26,156 bases of DNA from Oligoflexales bacterium (GCA_041736175.1 JBGSUI010000034.1:1-26156), one strand, 5' to 3'; positions 1 through 8,564 are shown, counted from the first letter of the stretch. The notes: generated by a model not told the origin, from the letters alone. Translations and numbers: made by a program.

Positions 1-54
1 CCACCTACCGTAAGAATCTACTACACTGAAATATCCGATCTTGCCTTGCCGTGA
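1..54 (+). CDS. Probable C-terminal tail of the intron-encoded RT/maturase (partial)
   Basis: Frame +1 reads PPTVRIYYTEISDLALP* and stops 13 nt before domain V. The position and the PPxxRI-like tail resemble IEPs that lack an endonuclease domain. Only 17 aa are visible. Confidence 0.5.
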   Translation, partial: PPTVRIYYTEISDLALP

Positions 55-138
55 ATCTCATTTTGGGGAGCCGGATGTGGTAGCTCCACAAGTCCGGTTC
101 TGCGGGGAGCTCACATGGAAACATGTGGGTTTACCCAC
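1..138 (+). mobile_element. Group II intron, 3' end (domains V and VI); the rest lies outside the window
   Basis: 68-100 GAGCCGGA-TGTGG-TAGCT-CCACA-AG-TCCGGTTC folds as domain V, with an AGC triad paired to GTT and a 2-nt AG bulge. 104-136 folds as domain VI, with a GAAA loop and bulged A133. The element ends in AC at 137-138, exactly where the eutB frame stops. Confidence 0.9.
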
Positions 139-1313
139 TAATTACAGCCAGCGACACCAAGCATGGTGAGGAGTGCATCCATATCATCAGCATCGGCGTC
201 GCAGTGGACCGTATAACAAACATCACAACCCATAGGGAGGCCCATCAATTTCCCACAAAAATGATCTTCGAGACCTGCCCGCATAATCTCTTTGCCATTT
301 GCGAGGTATTCGGGGCCGATAAAGCCCACCACGGTGTTGACCAGAAAAGGGTCAAAAGCTCGGGCGACTGCATAAGCCCGTGCCTCCATGGTTTGTGCAT
401 CGACTCCATGGTGGGCGTTTGCCGAAAGGGCTGACCCCTGTCCGGTTTCAAAGTACATGACTTGGTCACTTCGTGGATTGCGTCCGAGGCTAAGGGCGGC
501 GAGGCGTGCCTCTTCCAGGAGTTTTAGGGTGATTCCAAAACTTTTGTTGGCCTTTTCACTGCCGGCAATCGACTGAAAAACCAGATCGAGGGGAGCCCCT
601 TTTTCAATCACTTGGATCTGGGTTGTCACATGGGAAAGCACACAGTTTTGTGTCGGGATGGACTGATTGAGGCGAATTCCATCAATCAGCCGCAAAAGAT
701 CATCCACCCGGTCTGGTCGATCACTCGCTGGATTAATCCCGATCACCGCATCACCGTTGCCTAAAAGGAGTCCATCAAGGATCGAAGTGGCAATACCCCG
801 TGGATCATCTGTTGGATGATTGGGCTGTAGTCTCGTAGCAAGACAACCTGGCTGGCCGACCGTTGTACGAAACTGGGTGATTACGGGTGCTTTTCGGGCA
901 GCTAACACCAGATCTTGCAGGCGCATAATCTTACTGACTGCGGCGACCATCTCAGGGGTGAGTCCAGGTCTAATGTTGGTGATATGGTGTTCCTCGGTGG
1001 CAAAGTCAAGGAGCCAGTCCCTAAACATGCCGACGGTCATGTTGGATAAGGGAGCAAAGGCCACGGGATCATGCCGATCGATGATAAGGCGGGTTATGTC
1101 GTCAAGTTCGTAGGGAATCACGGTTTCGTCTATAAATTGCTTGAGAGGTACGTCCGCAAGACAGAGTTGGGCAGCCACTCGTTCAGTTTCGTCGGTGGCG
1201 GCAATTTCCGCCAAAAGATCGGCTCCTCGTCGCGGGCTAGCCTTAGCAAGCAAGATTCTGAGGTTATCAAATGAATATCTTTGTTTACTGATGTAACAAG
1301 AATATTTTGCCAT
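138..1313 (-). pseudogene. eutB: Ethanolamine ammonia-lyase large subunit, C-terminally interrupted by an antisense group II intron
   Basis: Motifs TRLQPNHPTDD, GDAVIGINPA, VMYFETGQGSALSANAH, LVNTVVGFIGPEYL, EDHFCGKL and MGCDVCYT are present. The ORF stops at AGCN* (391 aa) before the usual (F/Y)IMG.PG..D.ML.YQ segment. The TAG stop is created at the intron junction. Confidence 0.92.
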
Positions 1314-1582
1314 TGGCTGTCTTCAATCCTTTCACCCTGATCACTGTTGTCCTTCTTTGATATCAGTGATGGTGAAGAATCTCCACGACAAGTCAGATCC
1401 ATAGAAAAATTTTATAATCACTTTGGACACATTTTCTGGCTCAAGAGAGTGAAAAGTTTCTACCCACTACGCCGGACGGTTTATCCAGGTGGCAGCTACC
1501 ATACTCCCTAACTATGGGCGGACTTGTGATCGACGCCCATTGAACAAAAATTAAAAGAGCAAATATTCCTAGGTCAAAGGGA

Positions 1583-2356
1583 CTATGGAATGGTGTAGGG
1601 GGCAAAATCGAAGGTATTATGAGCGTCAACGTCATCGCGAATATAGAACGCAAAGTTTAAGCCTTTAGTTGAAGGGTCAGCCGTAGACGGGAACTGGATG
1701 CAGTGTGCGTTCGCCTCTGATTTTTCGATAAGCCAAGCAGCAAAAAGTTGAATTGGAGCCGGTACTTTTAAATCACCCCAAATGCCATTCATTTGCGCTG
1801 TTATAGAAAAGAATGTGTTGAGCCTGAAAGTAGGTGTAAGCGCCTTATATGCCTTTTCAAAATCTATAACGGTCAATGGTTCTGTTGCATTCTTCAATTG
1901 GAATCTATAAATATCTTTATGTTTATGAGATTTAACTTGCTTGACCGCATAATTAAAACTCGCATCGCCACCAAACGCTTCCCATATTGCGGTCTTCCAG
2001 CTGCTCGCAAAATAAATGGCACCTTGTTTTTTTGCGAGCGTGCCATATGTTTTCAATGCAAAGCGGCTGCTCTGTGCACCGCCTACGTTCATTCTTGCTC
2101 CGTCCGCCAGGCTTCCACTTGGCGAACAAGGGGAAAACAGAGGATTTATGACTCGATAGAAAACGGGCTTTTCAAGCGTCAATTCCCAAGCTGGATCATA
2201 TTGCAAAAAGGGAACTATGTTGTTGTAAAAATTCCGAGAAAGACGCTTGCATTCGTTTTCGAAACGCCCCCAATCTTTCTCCGAGAATTTAGCGATCTTT
2301 TCGAATGGAATATTGGAAGTAAACGTGACTTTACGTCTTGAAGGTTTCGTTGTCAT
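1583..2356 (-). CDS. RES domain protein (putative toxin of an Xre/RES TA system)
   Basis: R/E/S motifs occur in order: FYRV, G..GARMN, IYFASSWKTAIWEAF, IQFPST, then N(F)AFY. It overlaps the stop of the upstream Xre-like gene. Confidence 0.8.
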   Translation of the reverse strand: MTTKPSRRKVTFTSNIPFEKIAKFSEKDWGRFENECKRLSRNFYNNIVPFLQYDPAWELTLEKPVFYRVINPLFSPCSPSGSLADGARMNVGGAQSSRFALKTYGTLAKKQGAIYFASSWKTAIWEAFGGDASFNYAVKQVKSHKHKDIYRFQLKNATEPLTVIDFEKAYKALTPTFRLNTFFSITAQMNGIWGDLKVPAPIQLFAAWLIEKSEANAHCIQFPSTADPSTKGLNFAFYIRDDVDAHNTFDFAPYTIP

Positions 2357-2726
2357 TAATCAGGTTTTCCTGCCATTCATAGATAGTTTCGCCTTTTCCC
2401 GCCATCACGAAATTGAACGGGGTCATATTATAGAAGCGTCGGCTTGGCGAAAACAACCATTCAAATACAGCCGTTTCGTTACCTTCGAAAAGAAGAAACG
2501 CATTATCAATGATGCGCGTCAAATCTCTTAAGCGAAATTGAGCTTTCTGGGAGAGTCGGACCTTTTGTTGGTATATGACAGATCGATTGACACCAAGATC
2601 TTTGGCAAAAGCTTTAGCGGTAAAACCTGCCATAGAAGACAGTTTGAGTAACACTTCCCCGCGGGCCGCCGTCTGGCTCTGGTCAGCCCAAAGATTCAGT
2701 CGATCTTTTATTGGGGCGTTTTGCAT
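2331..2726 (-). CDS. Xre/MbcA/ParS-type antitoxin (HTH plus C-terminal toxin-binding domain)
   Basis: HTH-like FAKDLGVNRSVIY and a C-terminal F.G....V.EWL.SP...F...TP pattern. The ATG at 2726 has an AAGGAG RBS and is preferred over the track start at 2798. Confidence 0.8.
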   Translation of the reverse strand: MQNAPIKDRLNLWADQSQTAARGEVLLKLSSMAGFTAKAFAKDLGVNRSVIYQQKVRLSQKAQFRLRDLTRIIDNAFLLFEGNETAVFEWLFSPSRRFYNMTPFNFVMAGKGETIYEWQENLINDNETFKT

Positions 2727-2778
2727 ATTGGATATCTCCTTACGACACATGACATACAAGCCAATTATGGCACAATCC

Positions 2779-2805
2779 TTATCGGAAGAATAGGGCAAAA
2801 CTTAA
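2779..2805 (-). promoter_or_regulatory. Sigma-28 (FliA)-like promoter upstream of the Xre/RES pair
   Basis: Minus strand reads TTAAGTTT-N11-TCCGATAA, versus the consensus TAAAGTTT-N11-GCCGATAA (14/16 positions). It lies 52 nt upstream of the start codon. Confidence 0.55.
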
Positions 2806-2892
2806 GTATAGTTAAGATGTTTTACACTTTCGCACACATACCGGGATCCGAGTAGGGCTTAAATACCAGTTCAACAACGCAGGTGGTGGGGT

Positions 2893-3240
2893 TTAAACCG
2901 CGAGCAATGGTGGGAGGACGGGGCTCACGCCTATCTTACCAGATACATTGGACTTTGTGCAGTGACTGCCTTTAAACTTGGATTGATGCCCCTCAGGGAG
3001 CGACACACCGAAAACCAAGATTTGACTAGGTGGCGCAACATTTCGGCCAATGGGGCGACGCTGTTGGGGCGCTTTCCCGTAGCGCCGGGAAAAGCGGTCG
3101 CGCCCCTGAGATACTCCCGAAGTTGCCCATATGGTGGTCGGAAGAACTCTGCGATTTTCAGCTGATGGAGGTGCAGCTTTCAATGGGCTGGAAATCACTC
3201 CTACCGTATAGACAGCTAGTAACATAACTGCATTGAACAT
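2893..3240 (-). CDS. Hypothetical small protein, possibly exported
   Basis: 115-aa ORF filling an intergenic gap, with AAAGGTG upstream of the ATG and a hydrophobic N-terminus. No recognisable domain. Confidence 0.3.
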   Translation of the reverse strand: MFNAVMLLAVYTVGVISSPLKAAPPSAENRRVLPTTIWATSGVSQGRDRFSRRYGKAPQQRRPIGRNVAPPSQILVFGVSLPEGHQSKFKGSHCTKSNVSGKIGVSPVLPPLLAV

Positions 3241-3326
3241 ATTATAGGCACCTTTCGCATAGAGGGACAGGCACCGAAGGCTACCATGCCAGCGTTAAAG
3301 TCGCAATTTTTGTGCGGTCTCTTAGC

Positions 3327-3357
3327 AAAAAAAAGGCAGAATCAAATTGATTCTGCC
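3327..3357 (-). terminator. Rho-independent terminator of the porin gene
   Basis: Perfect 10-bp stem GGCAGAATCA/TGATTCTGCC followed by T8 on the minus strand, 23 nt after the stop codon. Confidence 0.8.
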
Positions 3358-3380
3358 ACAAAGTCCAAAGAGAGACAGTC

Positions 3381-4577
3381 TTAAAACTTGCCGATTAACC
3401 CGACGACCAGATCGTTTTTAGATAGAGTCTTTTGCTTGGTAGGGTCCTTTGAGTCCACATACTTTCCTGAGGCCACCGTGACATCAATAAAGGGACGATA
3501 AAACCCGCCCCACCCATCGTAGTGGGTGCCTAAGGCTACTGTGGCTTCGTTCTTGTCCAATTTTCCCTGAGAATTAGACTTGGCAGTGATGATATCTTTG
3601 TCGACCGAACCTGGTTTTTCATAGGGTTTTGTTTCTAGAGACGATAGGTGGAGGAAGGGGGTGTAGTTTCCAACCTTTGATTCCACATAGGCTGCAGCGC
3701 CGCTGATGGAGTTTTTTTGTTTGATAAACTTTGCGGGGTCCGTAGGATCGACACCTTTATAGTTACGGGTATCTGCGGTGTAGTCGAGATAGGCGTCCAC
3801 TGTTTTGGATTTGTAACGAATGCCTACAGAACCTGTGTTGCTTTTACCGTAGTCATAAACAGCCACTTGCAGCAGGGGTGAAAAATCACCGAAGGATCCC
3901 AGCCATTCAAAGGCCAACGCAGGTTGTTTTTGCGTGGTTTGGGTCTCTTTGCTGTTGGCTACAATTCCTGTGCTGTTGCCCGTATTCCAAGACTGGCAGG
4001 AGGTGGTCGTCTTTTTAGAAACGACATTAGTCACCGGGTCAGGTGCGTAGGAGTCACTGTCTTTGCAACTGCTGAAGTCTTCGACAATCTGGAGGGAAAA
4101 AGTGCCAGCTAACTTGTAACCTATATCAATGGCCAACTTGTCTTTAAGGGGGTTTTGATCTAGATAAGATCCCACGACTGGGGTAGTCGTACCGCTGGTG
4201 ATTTTTCGATGGAGGCCATAGGTCTTAATCTTTTGTTTACCAATGGTCAGCTCAAATTCCTTGGTGAATTTGTTAGTCACATAATACCGCTCCAGCTCCC
4301 CTTCCTTGGCTTTGTAAAGGAGGGTTAAATCAATGCTGTCTGATAACTTGCTTTTTAAAATAAACTTAGCCCCTTTAAGATTAAGACTGGTCGTCTTTGT
4401 TTGACTACCACGATCCTTGTCGTTAAGGCCATCGTTTGAGTTGGTGATATTGATTTGGTATTCACCCCCGACTTCCACAGGGATTGTGGTGGCTGCGGAT
4501 GCGGCAAAGACCGGAAGAGTGCTCGGAAAAAGCGTTAAACAACCCAGTAAATTGGTGAACTTCACGTGAAACCTCAT
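3381..4577 (-). CDS. Outer-membrane beta-barrel protein (porin-like)
   Basis: Signal peptide ending VFA-A, many amphipathic beta-strands, and a C-terminal Phe strand DLVVGLIGKF (BAM signal). Confidence 0.75.
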   Translation of the reverse strand: MRFHVKFTNLLGCLTLFPSTLPVFAASAATTIPVEVGGEYQINITNSNDGLNDKDRGSQTKTTSLNLKGAKFILKSKLSDSIDLTLLYKAKEGELERYYVTNKFTKEFELTIGKQKIKTYGLHRKITSGTTTPVVGSYLDQNPLKDKLAIDIGYKLAGTFSLQIVEDFSSCKDSDSYAPDPVTNVVSKKTTTSCQSWNTGNSTGIVANSKETQTTQKQPALAFEWLGSFGDFSPLLQVAVYDYGKSNTGSVGIRYKSKTVDAYLDYTADTRNYKGVDPTDPAKFIKQKNSISGAAAYVESKVGNYTPFLHLSSLETKPYEKPGSVDKDIITAKSNSQGKLDKNEATVALGTHYDGWGGFYRPFIDVTVASGKYVDSKDPTKQKTLSKNDLVVGLIGKF

Positions 4578-4855
4578 CCTAAAATAGATTTTTGGCAGCT
4601 ATTTTGTATGACCATAACGACTTCAGATATGATTGGAATATATGATTTTATAAACACTTAGGGAAGTCTCATTTTGCTTTATTGAAGATTGAGCTGGTTT
4701 GGTGCTCCCCTGGGCGGTTTGGTGATTTAGCCTCAAAAAGAATAAAATATTTGATAAAATTAATAGATAGCGGGGGGATTGTCCAATAAGCTATAATAGC
4801 TAAATCACAGATGATCTATTTTAACGAAAAAATAGCCTCGATCTAAAGGTTAAGT

Positions 4856-5539
4856 GTGCTCTTAAAAATTATAAAAATCTTGGCTAAGCAATATAAACTA
4901 TCTGGTTGGTATGGGGTCGTGCTCCATATAGGACGCCATCTAATGGTCTTCAGTCCCTTTGGTCGGGGAACGAGACTTTTTTTGATCGTACTTTCAGAGT
5001 CCAGACTTGCCTATAAGGTCGAAAAAACAGCGAACGATCATATTTTCCGCTGGGCTACGAGAGACGACCTCCTCAAGCTTATGAAGATACCCTCCTCGGA
5101 GATTAAGATGAGGGATCTAAATTCTTTTGATGATGGCAACCGCTGTCTTTTGCAGTTAGATGGCGAGGCCCTCGTCGGATATACATGGATAAGTTTAAAT
5201 CCCTTGGTAGAAATTCTATGGGGCATTCACTTTAATATGCCTGATGATATGGTCTATAATTACAATGGTTACACAGCACCCGCCTATCGAGGCACGGCAT
5301 ACCAAGCCTTACGCCACCAGAAAGTCCTGAGCCTGATTCAAAAGGAAGGTAAAAAGAGGTTATTTGCCTACGTAGATCATATGAACTATCACTCGCTCAG
5401 TGGAACTCGAAAAAGTGGGTATAAGATCGTGGGAACCATCAAAGGTTTTCAAACTCCTAAGAGACTTAGGTTTTCCATTAAAGTGAGTCAAGACTGCTGG
5501 GCGAAATTAGTCCGTATGGGTCCCCACCAATTTATCTAG
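4856..5539 (+). CDS. GNAT-family N-acyltransferase
   Basis: LVGYTW strand, motif A-like YTAPAYRGTA, and N..S.....KSGY at the C-terminus. The GTG start is uncertain. Confidence 0.75.
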   Translation: MLLKIIKILAKQYKLSGWYGVVLHIGRHLMVFSPFGRGTRLFLIVLSESRLAYKVEKTANDHIFRWATRDDLLKLMKIPSSEIKMRDLNSFDDGNRCLLQLDGEALVGYTWISLNPLVEILWGIHFNMPDDMVYNYNGYTAPAYRGTAYQALRHQKVLSLIQKEGKKRLFAYVDHMNYHSLSGTRKSGYKIVGTIKGFQTPKRLRFSIKVSQDCWAKLVRMGPHQFI

Positions 5540-5639
5540 AGGTTATCAACCGCCGCCCCGGGATGGGCCAGGGCTCACCCTGCTGACAATCTTAACGACT
5601 CCATTAACTTTGCTTTTGCCTTTACAAGAGATCCCTTAA

Positions 5640-5697
5640 CATGTATATCTATGAATAAATGCGTCTTTTATGCATTAAGAATGAATAAATATACAGA
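5640..5697 (+). promoter_or_regulatory. Tandem ARG boxes (ArgR operator)
   Basis: Cores TGTATATCTATGAA (5642), GCGTCTTTTATGCA (5661, degenerate) and TGAATAAATATACA (5682) are spaced 19 and 21 nt. They resemble TGxAT-W4-ATxCA and lie upstream of argR. Confidence 0.75.
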
Positions 5698-5829
5698 AAA
5701 GATCCTGTTAAGAACCACCAGCAAACCCAAGTCCGACGCCACTTTTAAGGGGGCTAGACTAAACAAGAATACGGCACAAACCTCGACTCGCGGACGAGTC
5801 ACCTACGACGGACTAAAGAGACAAACTAA

Positions 5830-6261
5830 GTGGAAAAACAGCAGCGGCAAAAACTCATCCTATCCATCATCAAATCCCAGAGGATTGCGAGCCAATCAGA
5901 GTTGGTCCAAGCCCTCGACGCCCACGAGGTCGCCTGTACCCAGGCCAGTATCTCCCGAGATCTGACGGATCTGCATATCAGTAAAGTCGACGGTATCTAC
6001 CGAGTCCCTGAGATCCAACCAAAGATGCTTAACCCTCTTGTCGGCACGATCCACATTGATCGGGCAGGGGACCATATGATTGTCCTGCGAACCGGACCAG
6101 GATCGGCCCAGGTGGCGGCCACCATGATTGATCGCGCCAAAATCAGTGGGATCGTGGGGACCGTCGCTGGAGACGACACGATCTTTATAGCCGTAAAAAG
6201 TCGGGACGACCAAAACGCGGTGATACGAGACCTTCATAATCTATTTGGCGATTTATCATAA
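5830..6261 (+). CDS. argR: Arginine repressor
   Basis: RQ..I..II, SQ.EL, TQASISRDL (winged HTH), and T.PG.A plus GTVAGDDTIF (arginine-binding domain). Confidence 0.97.
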   Translation: MEKQQRQKLILSIIKSQRIASQSELVQALDAHEVACTQASISRDLTDLHISKVDGIYRVPEIQPKMLNPLVGTIHIDRAGDHMIVLRTGPGSAQVAATMIDRAKISGIVGTVAGDDTIFIAVKSRDDQNAVIRDLHNLFGDLS

Positions 6262-6281
6262 ACTTTTGGCCCCCATAACTC

Positions 6282-7436
6282 ATGGAGTCTCCGATGTTGA
6301 CCCAACTCAAAGAGTGCGATCCCAGCGGCCCCGTTCTTCCCCTCACCACGGTCCTTTCCGGTCAACCCCGACCGGGGGCGCGGCGTTCCATCACTGTGGA
6401 TAAGATCGCCTCCGTGGCCTGTCGAGCTGATTTGGCGGAAAACCTTTGGGTTTCCCTAGGGACGATCGTGCCTAAAGCCGGGGATCTGGTCGCCGTCAAA
6501 CTCCTCAATGACCATGCCAGCTACAACCGGCTCGAACTCACCAACGGAAGGCTGGCCAAGCTCAACCAAGGGGATCTCATCGTCGGAGCCCTCGGTGCAC
6601 GGCGGGCCCTTAAGGGTTTTGTCGGCGATGTTCCCCAGGAACTCACCATCGGTGACGAACTCAACCTCCTTAACCTCGGTGGAGTTCTCGGCCGGTGTAC
6701 CGGATTTCACCATGAGATGGGACCGCCGATCCGTGCCGAGTATATGGGAGCTGTTTACCGGGACGGAAAAACCCTCAATATGGCAGATGACGCGCTCCCG
6801 TCGATCGAGCATCTAGGTCATATGCGCGGGATTCCCGTGGTGGCTGTGGCTGGCAGCTGTATGCATTCGGGTAAGACGCGGGCTGCCACCGAGCTGGTGC
6901 GTCGGTTTACCAGCCGGGGCTACCGGGTGGCAGGAGGTAAACTTTCAGGAGTTGCCTGCCTTAAAGACTCCCTCGAAATGCGCGACAATGGGGCGGTTAA
7001 AACTCTGTGTTTTGTCGATTTAGGTTTGCCGTCCACCGTGGGAGTGCCTGACCTTGGTGCGGTGGCGCGGACGATCATTGGTCATCTGGGCAGCTCACCT
7101 GTGGATGTGGTGGTGGTGGAGCTTGGTGATGGGATCCTCGGTGGCTATCATGTGGGAGCCATTTTAGAGGATGAGGCGGTACGTGGTAACTTGGCCAGTC
7201 TGGTCTATTGCGCCAGCGATTTTGTCGGCACCTGGGGCGGAATCGAACTCCTTAAACAAAAATCCTTGGCTCCCGATGTGATCTCGGGATCGGTCACCGA
7301 TAGCCGGATGGGTGTTGATTATATCAGACAGTCTTTCGGCCTCCCGGCCGCAAACGCCATCGGCCAAGGCTCGACGCTGTTTTCCATTGTCGAAGCCAAA
7401 ACCATGGCCTGGAGGCAAAAATGGCAGGATGCCTAA
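6282..7436 (+). CDS. Uncharacterised P-loop protein, DUF1611/DgcN-like, within the arg operon
   Basis: Walker A-like GSCMHSGKT, K.SG...(K)D, Walker B-like VVVVELGDG, and an N-terminal LE...GR...L..GD..VGALG.R.A region. It overlaps the argC start. Family assignment is from motif recall. Confidence 0.7.
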   Translation: MESPMLTQLKECDPSGPVLPLTTVLSGQPRPGARRSITVDKIASVACRADLAENLWVSLGTIVPKAGDLVAVKLLNDHASYNRLELTNGRLAKLNQGDLIVGALGARRALKGFVGDVPQELTIGDELNLLNLGGVLGRCTGFHHEMGPPIRAEYMGAVYRDGKTLNMADDALPSIEHLGHMRGIPVVAVAGSCMHSGKTRAATELVRRFTSRGYRVAGGKLSGVACLKDSLEMRDNGAVKTLCFVDLGLPSTVGVPDLGAVARTIIGHLGSSPVDVVVVELGDGILGGYHVGAILEDEAVRGNLASLVYCASDFVGTWGGIELLKQKSLAPDVISGSVTDSRMGVDYIRQSFGLPAANAIGQGSTLFSIVEAKTMAWRQKWQDA

Positions 7437-8557
7437 ACTCAAAAGCTCGGGTGGCCGTGGTGGGTGCCTCCGGCTACACCGGAGGCGAACTCCTGCGGAT
7501 CCTAGCCGGTCATCCCCATGTTGAGGTGACCTGGGTGGTGGGTCATCAAGCGGCCGGGCAGACCGTGGGAGAGGTTCACCCTGCCCTGCGGGGAGTTCTT
7601 CCCGAATTGTCACAAAAAGTGGTGGGGTCCTTTGAAGGGGATTTTCTCCCCTGTTTAAGTCGCCAAGCTCTACCCTCGTCTCCTCTATCCTCCCTGGACG
7701 TGCTGTTTTTAGCTCTCCCCCACGGTGAGGCGAGTCGTATCATGGGGGCGCTGGTAAACCAGCTTGAATCCATGAATCCTCTACATAACGCCTCCGGAAG
7801 ACCACCGCTGGTGATCGACCTATCGGGAGACTTCAGGCTTACCGATCCCGAGGTTCATAGCCGAGCCTATGGGTTCGCCCATGGGGGAGAGCAGATCCAA
7901 CAAAAATTCGTCTATGGACTGCCGGAACTCCATAAAACCCAGATCACTCAAAGTCGCCTGATTGCCAATCCCGGGTGTTTTGCCACCGCCTGTGCCTTAG
8001 GTTTAGCGCCCCTTGTCGCCGACAATCTTATCAGCGGTAAAGTGGTCATGGACTGTGTGACCGGATCGACGGGTGCCGGGACTAAACCCTCCAAGTCGAC
8101 CCATCATCCGGAAAGAGCCGAGTCTTATTTTGCCTATAAACCATTTGTCCACCAGCATCTTCCCGAAATCGAGCAAACCCTCAAGGCTTTGCAACCCGAA
8201 TGGTCGGGACGGCTGGTCCTTCAAACCCACAGCGGTCCTTTTACCCGGGGCATCTATGGGACGATCCATGCTGAGTTAGCAAACTCTAGTTTAGCCCCCG
8301 CCGTGGCCAAGGCTTTTGAGAGCTTTTACCGCGAAGTTCCCTTGGTCCGTCTCGGCACCACCCCGCCCCAGCTCAAGTGGGTCAAGGGCAGTTCGTTTGT
8401 GGATATCTCTTACCAAGTCAGTGGCCCCGATGTGCTGGTCACCGTCGCCCTCGACAATCTCGTCAAGGGTGCTGCGGGTCAGGCTGTCCAAAATATGAAC
8501 CTCGCCATGGGCTGGTCCGAGACGTCAGGTCTCAGCCATCTCGGGTTGGTGGGATGA
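7421..8557 (+). CDS. argC: N-acyl-gamma-glutamyl-phosphate reductase
   Basis: GASGYTGGELLR, FLALPHG, IDLSGDFRL, YGLPE, ANPGCF and DNLVKGAAGQAVQNMN. Confidence 0.97.
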   Translation: MAGCLNSKARVAVVGASGYTGGELLRILAGHPHVEVTWVVGHQAAGQTVGEVHPALRGVLPELSQKVVGSFEGDFLPCLSRQALPSSPLSSLDVLFLALPHGEASRIMGALVNQLESMNPLHNASGRPPLVIDLSGDFRLTDPEVHSRAYGFAHGGEQIQQKFVYGLPELHKTQITQSRLIANPGCFATACALGLAPLVADNLISGKVVMDCVTGSTGAGTKPSKSTHHPERAESYFAYKPFVHQHLPEIEQTLKALQPEWSGRLVLQTHSGPFTRGIYGTIHAELANSSLAPAVAKAFESFYREVPLVRLGTTPPQLKWVKGSSFVDISYQVSGPDVLVTVALDNLVKGAAGQAVQNMNLAMGWSETSGLSHLGLVG

Positions 8558-8564
8558 GGAGATC

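Noticed and set aside
1314..1582. Cobalamin riboswitch or ANTAR hairpins upstream of eutB
   Set aside because: I could not recognise a B12 box or a twin hexaloop motif.
1793..2531. Plus-strand ORFs of 182 and 94 aa
   Set aside because: They are antisense to the better-supported RES/Xre genes and have no motifs.
2727..2798. Longer start for the antitoxin given by the ORF track
   Set aside because: The strong RBS and the promoter position favour the ATG at 2726.
4856..5539. GNAT as the missing ArgA
   Set aside because: It lies upstream of the ARG boxes and 290 nt from argR, is more AT-rich than the operon, and shows no ArgA-like features beyond the generic fold. It is not excluded, but it is the weaker candidate.
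5651..5965. Possible arginine leader peptide
   Set aside because: It starts inside the operator, has no RBS or Arg-codon run, and overlaps argR out of frame.
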